Source of the DNA: Nemertoderma westbladi
Taxonomy: Eukaryota > Animalia > Xenacoelomorpha
DNA: 64,000 nucleotides
Direction of reading: 5' to 3'
Assembly (NCBI GenBank): GCA_032718475.1
Contig: JAUCBJ010006622.1
Coordinates: forward strand, 1-64,000
Under the pieces are notes generated by a model, which was given only the letters and a program-made list of their open reading frames with translations, made no database searches and was not told the DNA's origin. Position numbers and translations under genes: made by a program. Positions 1 through 12,264 of this stretch are shown in pieces; position 1 is the first letter of the stretch, and each line of letters opens with the position of its first letter.

Positions 1-65
1 CAGCGCCTGGGGGGGAACTGGCCAGCAAAGGCAAACGTATCAGTTATCCCACAAAAGCTTTTACA

Positions 66-350
66 ATATTTTCGGCCCAAATTTCGGCCGAAATATTTTG
101 TTACATTTTTTCAGTTCTTTCATTTGATGTCATTTTCGGCCGAAATCTCGACCGAAATATTTTATTACATTTTCAGCTCTTCCATTTGATGACATTTTCG
201 GCCGAAATTTCGGTCGAGATTTCGGCCGAAAATGACATCAAATGAAAGAGCTGAAAAAATGTAATAAAATATTTCGGCCAAAATTTCGGCCGAAAATGAC
301 ATCAAATGAAAGAGCTGAACAAATGTAAAAAAATATTTCGGCCGAAAATA
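66..350. repeat. Imperfect ~285-bp palindrome of TTTCGGCCGAAA-containing units
   Basis: Left arm ttacattttt-cagctcttt-catttgatgtcattttcggccgaaa is mirrored by tttcggccgaaaatgacatcaaatgaaagagctg...tgtaa on the right; centre near 205-220. Confidence 0.75.
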
Positions 351-956
351 TGTTTTGAAATTCTCTAATATTCTTTTTAAAACCTTTAATATTATTGCTG
401 ACCTTTAAATAAACAAATAAAAGTACATAAATATGAATGTAAATATACAAATAAAAGTATATCATTCCACTAAGAACATTACATTTTTAATTCAGAACTG
501 TGATCGGTTAACCTAAACATACAGTATGACCTGATTACATTATGCTACCTTATTTCCGTTTCCGTACTTACTCTGGTCGCAGCATTTCCAAGAACTCCAT
601 GTACGCATTATACATGTATGTAAATAGTTATTAGATTTCGCTATGAAATTTTTTATTCCGAAATTGAACTAGAGAAATATACTGTAGGCATACAATTTTA
701 AATATAAATTTTTTTAATAAAACCTTTCATAACAGCATAACGTCACACTTGTTTCCACACTTGTTTGTCACACTATCCTACCTTTTATTTTCGGGGTCTG
801 GGGGTGCGCGGTTGAATTTTTTGGGTGCGCGGTTGAGATTTTTGGGGTGCGCGGTTAAGATTCTTGGGGTGCGCGATTTTTCTATATGGGAATGCGCGGT
901 TGGCAATGAAGTGCGCGGGCGTTGTGCACGCCTGGGTGACTTTTTCCAGGCTGGCG

Positions 957-1200
957 CTAAAATGACGTCTTGAACACGTCTTGATGGCACGTATGTATCT
1001 GTATGATACTTTTCATGGTGGATATAATTACCTAAAATGACGTCATGAACACGTCTTGACGGCGCGTATCTGTGTGATACTTTTCATGGTGGATATAATT
1101 ACCTAAAATGACGTCATGAACACGTCTTGACGGCACGTATCTGTGTGATACTTTTCATGTTGGAAATAATTACCTAAAATTACGTCTTGAACACGTCTTA
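957..1200 (+). repeat. Tandem repeat, ~3 copies of a ~75-bp unit
   Basis: Unit aaaatgacgtc(a/t)tgaacacgtcttga...gatacttttcatggtggatataattacct recurs. Confidence 0.8.
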
Positions 1201-1299
1201 ATGACTCATCTACTTACCACTTATACCTACTGACTGACTACAGTATGAGTACAGTATATTTATAATAGTGGCGGGTATATTTTAGTTAGTTATTTATAT

Positions 1300-1597
1300 A
1301 GGTGGTGAGTGTGAGTGGGTAGGAAAGTAATGAGGTGGGTGCGTGTGGGTAGGATAGGAAGGTAATATGGTGGGTGTGAGTGGGTAGGAAGGTAATGAGG
1401 TGGGTGTGAGCGGGTAGGAAGGTAATGGAGTGGGTGTGAGTGGGTAGGAAGTTAATGAAATGGGTTTGAGTGGGTAGGAAGGTAATGAGGTGGGTGTGAG
1501 TGGGTTGGGTAGGAAGGTAATGAAGTCGGTTTGAGTGGGTAGGAAGGTAATGAGGTGGGTGTGACTGGGTAGGAAGGTAATATGGTGGGTGTGAGTG
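1300..1597 (+). repeat. 30-bp minisatellite (~10 copies)
   Basis: gagtgggtaggaaggtaatgaggtgggtgt repeated with 30-bp period. Confidence 0.9.
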
Positions 1598-3885
1598 GTG
1601 CTATTGCGCACTCTGAGTACCACCAATGACAAGAAAATGGCCAAATTGACCCATTAGAATAAATTTTTGGACAACATGAATCGGCGGAATCGATTTCTAG
1701 CGTATAAAATAGTCGGAAACCACTTTCAGATTAAATAGTTGAAAATAGTAAGACGCCCCTATTATCTTTGCCAATAATTTTTTCCCCTCCATCTTGTAAT
1801 TTTTATATTCATTTCCAAATCAAACTTGTGCTAAATATAATATCAGTGCTATTTTAATTTGTGTTTATTAGTTGTTAATTAATAATTTATTCGGATATAA
1901 ATGTATCGTCCGTTGGTTACATTATATAATGTTTTTTCTTTATTATAGTATCAACAAACACCGTCAAGAAAGTAAAATCAATTTCAATAATAACTGTAAT
2001 GGATCTAAGCGATGTAAAAAGCGACGCGTAAGTGCTTGTGTGGTGTAGTTATTTGAATTTGGCGTCTGTTATTGATACAGTACGTGTAGGCCTATAGCAC
2101 GTCATTTGACGTGCTTGTGTGGTGTTCCAGTGTAGTACTGTAGTATTTGACGTCTGATGACGTAATTGACACGTGTCTAACAAGTCATTTGACGTAAACT
2201 ATAGCACGTCATAGTTTGAGGTGCTCAAACACGTGTTTGACACTTCCAAAATACACGTGGTCAAGACGTTGTAATAACGTGACGTCAAATAATTATGTCG
2301 TTTCCACGTGTTTTTGACGTGTTGATGCTTATAGGGTAGGAGCAGTAGGGTGGTTCTTCTTTTAGGTAAAACCCTATTTTTTTTATAAAATGTATGCAGA
2401 GGTACCCATGGACTGCTAAATAGAGAGATCTCTATATAGCATTCCATGAGGTGATGAGGTACCTCAAAATAATGTTTCAAATAGCACAAAAACGTGGCAA
2501 AAGAAGGCTTCTGAAAATTTGAATTGGATAGGCTAATTAGCAGATAAACATCGCCTGCAGGCGAAGGTTTTGGGCCCAAAACCAACACTAAAAGTTACTA
2601 TTGCAGTGGCATAAACTATAAAGTTAGGTACCGGTACTGTCAATCATGTCAGCATGTTACACAAGAGAGATTGGAAAAGTTCTAAATTAGGAAAACAACA
2701 ATGAATACAAATTATCAGCAGGATATTTAACTTAGTTATTGCTCAGAATCAGCAAGCCTAAATCTGTAAATGTACTCATACAAAATCATACAGACATATG
2801 GAAAACACTGCAAACCTGAAATTGATCAGCAGGAAAACAAGAGAACAACTGAACAAGTAGGCCTATAGTGCATAGCATTGAGCTGTAGGCCTATGTTTAA
2901 TGTTTAATAGTTTGGGTATAAGAAAGCTAATGCTTATGGAACCCGTACACACCAAAAGAAAGTCCAACTGAAAGTAATTATAACAGTACCGGTAAGTAAT
3001 TAAGTATTGCGACCAATACCGACCATGTTTACGAAACAATGACAAAAACATATATCAAACAATTGGAACATAAAAGGACGCAGTTAAATTAAAATAGTGT
3101 TCTTATAAAAATGGTTACTAATAAAATATCTTGCTTGCTAAAGGGTTGAAGTGACGTCTATAAAATCACGAGTATACACAGCAAATTACATAACAGTCGA
3201 TAAAGTCAGATACATACACTAAAAATTACAAATATACATTAGAATTACTAAACAAATTCAATAAAATGACAGTCTATATAGTATCACGAGTATACACAGA
3301 AAGTTACATATCAGTCGATAAAATCGGATACAAGTATATCGGTTAGGGCTAATATCGATAGTTTAAGGGTTAAAATAAAATATAAAATTAATTTAAAATA
3401 TCAGATAATCCATAGCTATAAAAACAGTACGGTATGTAAAATAGATCAAGACATTTGAACACTTAAATTTACATGGATTAGCTAACACTACACGATGAGA
3501 AAATAAGTACACAGTTTAAGCTTTAAGGGTTAAAATAAAATATAAAATAAAATTAAAATATTCGATAAAATCGTTGTATAGAAACAGTTTGGTATGTAGA
3601 ACTGATGGATTTAATTAAAATAAAATATTGCATATGAATTGGATTATTTAAGAAATAACAGTTGCACCATTTGGGTCTATTTAAAAATACGAACGATTGG
3701 TAAGAGATTATACTGTAAGTTACATAAAAATAAGTAGATCAAGTGAAAAATAAGTAGATAAGTAAAATAAGATAAAATGCGATAAAAATAAATATTGATG
3801 TGCGACTATAAAAAGAAAACAATTAAATATAACTAATGTGAGTTTGTGGAGAGGGGGGGGGGGGGGTCATTGACTCTAAGTCTCG

Positions 3886-6800
3886 TTATTCGGACCACCA
3901 GGAGGGGGTAAATTTGAGCGGTAAGTTTTTGTAGTGGTTATTGAGTCTCGATTTTAATGCGTTAAGTGAGGGGGCGGTTACTACAGATTCGGATAAGGCG
4001 TTCCAGGGGTCAATGACACGGAAATGGAATGTTGCATTGCGTTGGAGGAGACGTGCGCGCGGTTTGTTTAGTTTAAGCGAATGGCCACGGAGGTTAGTTT
4101 CTGCGAGTGTGAGCATGTTTCTGAAGTCGACCGATTCCATTCCACTCAGGTAACGGTAAATTTGCACGAGGTCTGCGCGATGCCGTCTGTATTCCAGTGT
4201 AGGTAGTCCCAATTCGCGTAGTCTCGTAGGATAAGGCTTATCTCGCAAATCCTTTACTAGTCTTGTTGCACGTCGTTGCACAGATTCGATTAGTCTAATG
4301 TCACATATATTGTGTGGAGACCATACTGTGGACGCATATTCTAGAACTGGACGGACCAAAGATTTAAAGAGTGCAATAAAGATGTCTGAGTCTAGATGGT
4401 TAAATGATCTGTATATTAGCCCCAAAGTTCGGTTCGCTTTCTTTGTTATATTTGATATATGTCGGCTGAATGACAAATTGTTCTGGAATGTAACGCCTAG
4501 GTCTTTCTCGGAATCTGTAGTTTTTAGCGGCTTCCCGCCAAGAGTGTATGGTAAGCAGGGGTTATTATTGCCAACGTGCATGATTTTACATTTGTCGTGG
4601 TTGAATAACAGTTGCCAGGTGATGCTCCATGTGTGAAGAATATCGAGATCAGTCTGAAGGGGTCCGATGGAAAGTGTAGGGTCAGGAGTAAAAATACAGC
4701 TATCCTTGGTGTCGTCTGCGAATAGGAAAATGAGAAATTGCACCAGACTTGGTATATCATTTACAAATCCAAGGAAATACAAAACGGCACCCACACTTCC
4801 TTGTGGCACTCCACTTCGCACTGGCAGCCAATCAGAATGTTCGCCCTGTACCACAACTCGTTGGTACCGATCACTTAGGAAATTCTCAATCCAACCCAAT
4901 AGGTTTCCAGCTATTCCAAGAGTCTCTAGTTTGTGCAGCAAACGTCGATGTGGAACACAGTCAAATGCCTTGCTGAAGTCCATGTATGCGATATCTATAC
5001 ATTGTCTTTGGTCTAGTGCTTGTGACCACGTATAGATAACATCCAAAAGTTGAAGGGTACACGATTTACCGTGCTGGAATCCGTACTGTTGGTGGACAAT
5101 TAAAACATTTTCTTTAAGGTGAATCCACATGTTATCGACCACAATTCTTTCCATCAGCTTGGCGACAACAGAAGTGAGACTTATCCGTCTGTAATTTTCA
5201 GAGGCATTCTTTTTTCCACTTTTAAATATTGGCGTAATATTGGCTAACTTCCATTGCTGCGGTACCGTTGCTGTATCCATTGACTTCTGAAAAATATGTT
5301 TCAAGGGTAAACATATTTCAGAAGAGAGTTCTTTCAGCACAGCTGGGTAGACCTCGTCGGGACCAGGTGCGCCTGATCCGTTCATCTTCGTAATAGCCAC
5401 AGAGATGTCTGATTCCTGGAAGTCAACCGTTGTGATAGGTTGGTGGAATGGTAGAGGGTGTTGGACGTGGGGGATATTTGTCAAATCTTCAACGGTAGAG
5501 ACTGATGAATAGTGTTTGTTTAGTGTGTTGGCCTTTTCCTTGTTGTCAGTTACTAGCTTACCAGAAGGGTCCATTAGGTCGTAAACTGCAGGTTTTACTT
5601 TTCGTTTTGATTGGATATACTTCCAAAATTCTTTAGGTTTTGTTGCTGCACACTTAGCTACACTTTTTTCAAATTCGTATTGGGTGTTTCTAGTCATAAG
5701 GCTACATTGGTTACGGGAAGTTTTATACACATTATAGTTAGAGGTAGACGGATTTCTTTTATAGCTATCCCATAGTTTTCTTTTCCTTTTGATAGTGATT
5801 GATAATTCTTTAGTCCACCATTTTGGCCGTTTTTTCTGACTATGTTTGTTGTTTGTTAGTGGTATGTGCTTTTCACACGATTTTCTAAGTGGTTGGTGAA
5901 AAGAAATCCATGCTGCATCTGTATCCATTGGTTGTAGTGTACTATGCCAGTCTATTCTGTTCAACTCCCTTTTTATTGCGGTATAGTTGGCTTTAGAGAA
6001 GATTGGATGACGTCTTACTGCCATTTGGTAAATGGGGCTCGCATGAGTAGCTTCAAATTCTAGTACTACATGGTCACTTGCTCCAATTCCTGGTAGATAG
6101 AGTGGGGGGTCGATCGCATTCTCGTCGCTGGTTAAAATTAAATCTAACATGTGAGGGGTTTGGCCGTGGCGATATCTAGTGGGTTTGTTGACGTGTTGTT
6201 TCAGAAACAAATCTTGCACACATGTTAGAATTAATTCTTCACCCGAGTCGGTTGTAGACAATTTCTCCCAATCCGTGTGGGGCATGTTAAAGTCACCCGA
6301 TATAATCAGAGAATGGGTTCTGTTTTCGTCACAGATTTCGTGCAATAGGTTACAGACATCCACAAAGTTATCTTTGTTACTTGGACTGCGGTATAAGCAT
6401 CCAAATATTAGTGGTTCAGAGCTTGTATAAATCGTTAGCCAGATGGACTCTAAACCATTAGATGTTTGTGGAGCATGAGAATATTCTGAACAATTGAGTG
6501 AGTCCTTGCAGTATACAGCAATACCCCTGGAGCATGACATGAGTGATAAGTTGTTGTAGCATCTAGAGTATCCATCCAGTTTATAGCCCGTTTCGTCGAT
6601 ATGTGTTTTGTAAAACTTTGGCAATATCTCTGTTACAGCAATAATGTCTGGGTGGCGGTCAGAAGCGATTATAGATAGTTCTGGTAGCTTGTTAAGTAGG
6701 TTATCAGCGTTAGTGTAGATACACTTAACGTTTGGCGTTGTGTTGGATTTGGCAGTAGCCACCGGCAGAGTCCCGGACGGCGGGGTAGCCACAGGCGGAG

Positions 6801-7797
6801 TCACGGAAGGCGGGGTAGCCACGGGTGGAGTCCCGGATGGCGGGGTAGCCACAGGCGGAGTCCCGGAAGGTGGGGTAGCCACGGGTGGAGTCCCGGATGG
6901 CGGTTTAGCCATGGGCAGAGTCCCGGGTGGCGGGGTAGCCACGGTCGGAGTCTCGGACTGCGGGGTAGCCACGGGCGGAGTCCCAGAAGGCGGGGTAGCC
7001 ACGGGCGGAGTCCCGGACGGCGGGGTAGCCACGGGAGGAGTCCCGGATGGCGGGGTATCCACGGGCGGAGTCCCGGACAGCGGGGTTGCCACAGGCGGAG
7101 TCCCGGATGGCAGGGTAGCCACGGGCGGAGTCCCGGATGGCGGGGTAGCTATGGGCGGAGTCCCGGATGGTGGGGTAGCCACGGGCGGAGTCCCGGATGG
7201 CGGGGTAGCCACGGGCAGAGTCCCGGATGGCGGGCTAGCCACGGTCGGAGTCTCGGACGACGGGGTAGCCATGGGCCGAGTCCCGGATGGCAGGGTAGCC
7301 ACGGGCGGAGTCCCGGATGGCGGGGTAGCCACGGTCGGAGTCTCGGACAACGGGGTAGCCACGGGCGGAGTCCCGGATGGGGGGGTAGCCACGGGCAAAG
7401 TCCCGGATGGCAGGGTAGCCACGGGCAGAGTCCCGGATGGCAGGGTAACCACGGGTGGATTCCCGGATGGTGGGGTAGCCACGGTCGGAGTCTCGGACGA
7501 TGGGGTAGCCACGGGCGGAGTCCCGGTTGGCGGGGTCCCGGATGGCAGGGTAGCCACGGGTGGAGTCCCGGATGGCGGGGTCCCGGTTGGCAGGGTAGCC
7601 ACAGGCAGAGTCCCAGATGGCAGGGTAGCCACAGTCGGAGTCTCGGACAACGGGGTAGCCACGGGCGGAGTCCCGGATGGCGGGGTCGCCACAGGCAGAG
7701 TCCCGGATGGCGGGGTAGCCACAGTCGGAGTCTCGGACGATGGGGTAGCCACGGGCGGAGTCCCAGACGGCGTCCCAATTGGTGTGTTGCGGAATAG
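3886..7797 (-). CDS. CR1 ORF2: Pro/Thr repeat linker + APE endonuclease + reverse transcriptase
   Basis: APE motifs YTNAD, VTE, YRSP, GDFN, LDL, SDH; RT motifs DFSKAFD, SGVPQGS, FADD. Frame is open from 7797, immediately after the ORF1 TGA. Confidence 0.92.
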   Translation of the reverse strand, partial: LFRNTPIGTPSGTPPVATPSSETPTVATPPSGTLPVATPPSGTPPVATPLSETPTVATLPSGTLPVATLPTGTPPSGTPPVATLPSGTPPTGTPPVATPSSETPTVATPPSGNPPVVTLPSGTLPVATLPSGTLPVATPPSGTPPVATPLSETPTVATPPSGTPPVATLPSGTRPMATPSSETPTVASPPSGTLPVATPPSGTPPVATPPSGTPPIATPPSGTPPVATLPSGTPPVATPLSGTPPVDTPPSGTPPVATPPSGTPPVATPPSGTPPVATPQSETPTVATPPPGTLPMAKPPSGTPPVATPPSGTPPVATPPSGTPPVATPPSVTPPVATPPSGTLPVATAKSNTTPNVKCIYTNADNLLNKLPELSIIASDRHPDIIAVTEILPKFYKTHIDETGYKLDGYSRCYNNLSLMSCSRGIAVYCKDSLNCSEYSHAPQTSNGLESIWLTIYTSSEPLIFGCLYRSPSNKDNFVDVCNLLHEICDENRTHSLIISGDFNMPHTDWEKLSTTDSGEELILTCVQDLFLKQHVNKPTRYRHGQTPHMLDLILTSDENAIDPPLYLPGIGASDHVVLEFEATHASPIYQMAVRRHPIFSKANYTAIKRELNRIDWHSTLQPMDTDAAWISFHQPLRKSCEKHIPLTNNKHSQKKRPKWWTKELSITIKRKRKLWDSYKRNPSTSNYNVYKTSRNQCSLMTRNTQYEFEKSVAKCAATKPKEFWKYIQSKRKVKPAVYDLMDPSGKLVTDNKEKANTLNKHYSSVSTVEDLTNIPHVQHPLPFHQPITTVDFQESDISVAITKMNGSGAPGPDEVYPAVLKELSSEICLPLKHIFQKSMDTATVPQQWKLANITPIFKSGKKNASENYRRISLTSVVAKLMERIVVDNMWIHLKENVLIVHQQYGFQHGKSCTLQLLDVIYTWSQALDQRQCIDIAYMDFSKAFDCVPHRRLLHKLETLGIAGNLLGWIENFLSDRYQRVVVQGEHSDWLPVRSGVPQGSVGAVLYFLGFVNDIPSLVQFLIFLFADDTKDSCIFTPDPTLSIGPLQTDLDILHTWSITWQLLFNHDKCKIMHVGNNNPCLPYTLGGKPLKTTDSEKDLGVTFQNNLSFSRHISNITKKANRTLGLIYRSFNHLDSDIFIALFKSLVRPVLEYASTVWSPHNICDIRLIESVQRRATRLVKDLRDKPYPTRLRELGLPTLEYRRHRADLVQIYRYLSGMESVDFRNMLTLAETNLRGHSLKLNKPRARLLQRNATFHFRVIDPWNALSESVVTAPSLNALKSRLNNHYKNLPLKFTPSWWSE
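6754..7770 (-). repeat. Coding 30-bp minisatellite (~34 units) encoding (VATPPSGTPP)n
   Basis: cggggtagccacgggcggagtcccggatgg period on the + strand; stays in frame with ORF2. Confidence 0.95.
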
Positions 7798-10062
7798 TCA
7801 GTCAACTTGTTCTGTGCTCTCTGTTGGGTTTGAAGTGGTATGGTTTACAGAACCTCGGATTAACGAATCACGTTGTTGCCTTTGACGGCGTCTTTGTCTG
7901 GCCTTAAATTCCTCCTCACGTTCGTATTTGGACAGATCGCGGTCTATATAATAGCGCTCTCCATTTTTTACAAATGATTTCATCGCAAGTATGGTGGTCG
8001 CGTTTTCAATAGACCCGAAGGACAGTAGCAGGGGTCGCGCTGAACCATCCTCTCTGTGTTTACCAAGGCGGCGTAAGTCAGTTAGGTACAATGGCCAAAT
8101 CTGGCAATGATTGTGATTGCCATATTTGGCAACCAAGCAAAATCTGGCAACATTTATGATTGCCTCATTTGGCAACTATATAAAGCCATTGTTGCCATAT
8201 TTGGCAACTTGGCAGTAAGGGCCAGGTTATACTTATACCGGTAGTGGCATATTCCAGTATTCTAAGTTCTAACCATTACTGCAATACAGCAATATATCCT
8301 AATAAATCGTAAATAAGGCGTAAGGTGAGAATGACTGAATGAGTATCAATAACACAAACACAGACTGACTGGTGATAGTTTATTATTGCTAGCAATCTCT
8401 GGCGCTGCTTGGGGAGGTGTTTGAGTGTTGTTTGTACCAATACTGCAATAATAGTTAAAGATTGTAACTGTCTGACTGTGTAATGCTGACACAATTGCCC
8501 TGCAATCTAAATCATCCTTCACTCACAGTTCAGTATATCTATATTTCCATTCAGTACCATTCCTACATAACAGCATAAAGACATATTATAATGAAAATAA
8601 TTTCATCCCGTTTCTCATTAGGGCCTACGCTTACTAGAAACAATTTGGTTGAATCTCTTAACACGCGTTTTGGTTTTCTCAGTCTTTCTAAATTTTGAAT
8701 TTCGACACAAATTCGATTTTTCTTCTGTCACACCGTTTCTCAAACTTTAATGCCACCTTGCCGCCTTGTGGTGATGTTCAGGTTCACGTTGTCAAATTTT
8801 ATCCAGTACGGTATCTGTTACCTGGCAGCCTGGTTACATACTCATCCATCTGTCCATTAACATTTTTAACAACATATCATATAGGCCTACATTCTGACAT
8901 TTCGTCGACTAATGTTTATAAATCATCACAACTCGACAAGGGTAAGCAAGCAGTAAGCAATTTTGAAGTAATCTACAATGACAGGACAGAGTAACTGACA
9001 GGGCTGCACAATAATAATTCTGTAATTGTTGCCAAAAATGGCAACCATTATTTTTCTTTAATTCTAATGGTTGCCAAAAATGGCAATAATTATTTTAGGC
9101 ACATTTCGGCCTATTGCTAAGAGAAATTCAGACGATGATTTTTTTTCTTATACGGTCAATTATATTTAAATTTCGCGCTCTTTTCACTTACCTATTTACC
9201 AAAATGCGATTTTGCTTCTGGGCGTGCGAAAATTAGAAAAACCAAAAGTTGCCAGATTTGGCAATAAACATTGCCATATCTGGCAACTTTTGAGGTTGCC
9301 AGATTTGGCCATTGTACCTAACTGTAAGTTAAGACATTGTGTGATTTCACCAATCGAATCTCGAATGGATTTCTCGTCTATTTCACGTTGTTGTCTTTGT
9401 GAGTTAGCAGCATTGTCCCCAGGAAGTCGCCTGATGACAACATTGCGTTTCCGTAAGTCGTTCTCATGAATTGCCCTTTCTATTGTAATGTAAGTGCTGG
9501 GATCTCCTTTTGTTAGTGGCTGAGTTGGTTGTTGTGTCGTCTTTTGCAGTTCTTTTACGGCCTTTGAATTTTTGCGAACAACTTCAATCCAAGTAGACGA
9601 GTTTTTGTCATTGGTTGGTTCATTATCATCCAGTGTATCCAATGGGTTCGCTATGTCCAGAGTTTCCAGTTTTGTGAAAACATCAGACTGAATTGTTTCC
9701 ATTTCGTCTAGCCGTACCTCAATTTCGCTACGTAGTGAGGATAAGTCCTCCTCTCTTTGGGACGCTACGTTGTGTACATCACGTTTGGTTGTATCACTTG
9801 TTTGCTGAAGCTCGAGGTTCTCCTCTTCGAGTTTAGCGATTTTTACTGCGGAACAGAAGCCACATGCAAACTTTACTTTCCCAATAGAGTGAGTTAGTGA
9901 CTCTGTAAGAACTTCTATCTCAGTCCATGTTGACTTGCAGAATGAACATTCGACACTTGTTTTTGACCAGTTCTTCGTATTTGATTGGCGTCGATTTGCA
10001 GCCACCATCTTCATCGGATTGCCACCAGATTGTCTTCGTTGATCGCCTGTTGGAGGTGCCAT
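7798..10062 (-). pseudogene. CR1 ORF1 (N-terminal Cys cluster, coiled coil, RLGK..RPLL..IDRDL region) interrupted by a DNA transposon
   Basis: Removing 8079-9324 plus one TAAGT copy restores the frame ...IGEITQCLNL-RRLGKHREDGSARPLLLSF...YIDRDLSKYERE. Confidence 0.88.
8079..9324. mobile_element. Non-autonomous TIR DNA transposon with 5-bp TSD (possibly hAT5-like)
   Basis: 29-bp TIR CAGTTAGGTACAATGGCCAAATCTGGCAA at both ends; TAAGT duplicated at 8074-8078 and 9325-9329; subterminal TTGCCA..TGGCAA palindromes. Confidence 0.9.
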
Positions 10063-12264
10063 TAGTTGTTAGAAAATCCAAATCCGAATCCAGTAGGCTA
10101 GTATATGCCGGTATAATATATCAATAAAATGCAATATTAAATATAACAATATATAACAATTTGCTTGGTAAGGCTGAAGGCTTAACTGAACTCTATGCTG
10201 ATCAGTTGGCAACCGAGAAAAGCCACAACGCCAGCTTTCTTTCAATTTCTTTCTTTAAAATGACAGGGACAGCCAGTCCCAGAAGTAACCAAAATAAATA
10301 AACAAGCATGATTTGGTGAATTGTGTGTTTAAACTGGTAACTTCTAGATGTGTTACTGTGTTATAAACATTGTAGGCCTATTTGGTAAATTATAATAACA
10401 TAAACATTCCCATATGTCTCCAAATCCGACGATTTTCTTAATCCCCAATCTAAGGTAGTTCGCTAACCGAACCTGGAACCACGGACCGATCTCAACTACG
10501 GTAACCCGCGGACTAACTCATTAATACAGTAATAGTTCGAGGTGGTAATGTACGGTAATCTGGTGCTATTCGATTAGGCCTATATTACAGGATTATTCAA
10601 TGAATTTAAGTGGTGATGTCAGTCAGTCAGTACGTGGCGTCGGAGGTGATAGGCGTATTTGCTTATCGCCTATCTGCCTAGGCCTATGCTATATGTTTGT
10701 ATATCGGAATTCCGATATATTCGGTCTTCTGAGCACTGAGGGACTGCTGCTGTGCTGCCCCTGGTAGCAACGCTCTACCGGTACCGGCCACCTTAATATG
10801 CGAAACATCCTCGGTAAACCAACCCAACTACCAGACTACAGCCAACAGCAGTACAGGAACTATTGGCGACAGTTTAACATACCGGTAAGTTTAGACGTTT
10901 ATGTAACATGCAGATGCAACCGTCAGACCGTACATGGCATAAAGTCAGACTTATTTGTCAGATACGCTAGTTGCCAATCAGACAGTACAGCAGTAGGTTA
11001 CTATACGTCTGTACGTCGAGTTGGCGTTGGCCTATGGACACGATCCATCCGAATACATGTGTTTTTAAATGAATTGCTAACGCAATAATTTTTATTGTCC
11101 GTTTAAATCCTTTTTTTGTCCTTTTTTTTTTAATTTTTTTATGTCCTCCAAAAGTCTAATGTTACACTGTAAACAGGTTTCATGAATTGACACCAACAAT
11201 GTTGTGGCTTTTCATGGTGTAATGAATTTCACCGCATTTATAAAGTTTTCACATTGACATCTTTATGGTTAAGTAAATTCATAAATAATTTATGGTGAAA
11301 TTGAATTACCCCCTTAATTTTAATCTTAAATATTTTATGGTGAAATCCGACTTCCAATTTTCACCTTAAAAATATTATGCAGTTTGAAGGCAACAATTAG
11401 TTATCACTTTGGCCATAACATTATTGTGTTTGGATTTTTTAGTCAGTCTGTCTGTAGAGGTTTAGTTTGCCCTTGGCGCCAAATTTCAAAATCACATACA
11501 GCATACAGCCATCATAAGCAGTTAGGCCTTCACCTGTTCCAGTTCATGCATAAAGGTACTAAGCTGCTAAGGGGGCCGGTAGTGCAGTATTACCATACCA
11601 GTAGTTGCCTGTCATTGTCAGACTGTCACCCTGACATTTTGTAAGATACTGTCTGACTGTAGTTTTCAAGACCTCATACAGTCATACAGTCTGCAGTCAT
11701 TGGCCTACCAGCCTACTGCAGTACCTCTGAACCTGTACCGGGACCGGCATAGGCCTACAGCTGTACAGATACCGGTAGTTCAGTAACTGCGGTAGTTGTA
11801 TGTTAGAGCAGTAGAGTGCGCGCTTTTGAAAGCACTGCGCGCTCGTTTTGCATTTTACGCGCTTTTGATGCTCAAGTGCAAAGTGGTGTGAGAGTCATGC
11901 AGATCCTTCATACTGCTGTACTGGCAGACTGGGTCGGAAAGGGATATATTTGTTAATTTTCAACTTCCAGCATCCAGAGTTCGTGGCATAGGCCACCTAG
12001 GCCTATGTCACTCAAGCAGTCAAGCACTTAGTAAAATCCAGGAGCCTGGCTGCCTGGTGAGTTCAGGAGTTGGAAAAGATGAAGAAAGTAAAATCATTAA
12101 TCAGTTAATTCTAACACCAATTACTGAATTATTAATCGATGTAGGCCTATATAAGTTTACATCATATCCATCACTAACTGACTAACTCACTATGCACATG
12201 TTGCTCTCCTATCAGCCTATTACTGTATTAGTCAGTAAGTGGATAAATTTTCCGTGTTGAGGTC

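Larger units (their letters stand above)
2860..10235 (-). mobile_element. CR1-type non-LTR retrotransposon, near full length (outer ends approximate)
   Basis: ORF1 followed by ORF2 (APE+RT) with CR1-like C-terminus (LRGHSLKL...F..RVIDPWNAL), then a long 3' UTR; ends estimated and no TSD identified. Confidence 0.85.

Noticed and set aside
1294-1644. 116-aa Pro/Thr ORF
   Set aside because: Translation of the 30-bp minisatellite with no other coding evidence
2085-2336. Possible right end of a CCC-type TIR element (…gatgcttataggg) with gacgt/cacgt repeats
   Set aside because: Partner terminus not in the window; cannot be verified
6740-7885. 381-aa plus-strand ORF (GGVATGGVPD)n and the 218-aa alternative minus frame
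   Set aside because: By-products of the stop-free 30-bp minisatellite; the real frame is CR1 ORF2
10798-10890. Possible host first exon (ATG...CCG|GTAAGT)
   Set aside because: No recognisable domain and no downstream exons could be linked
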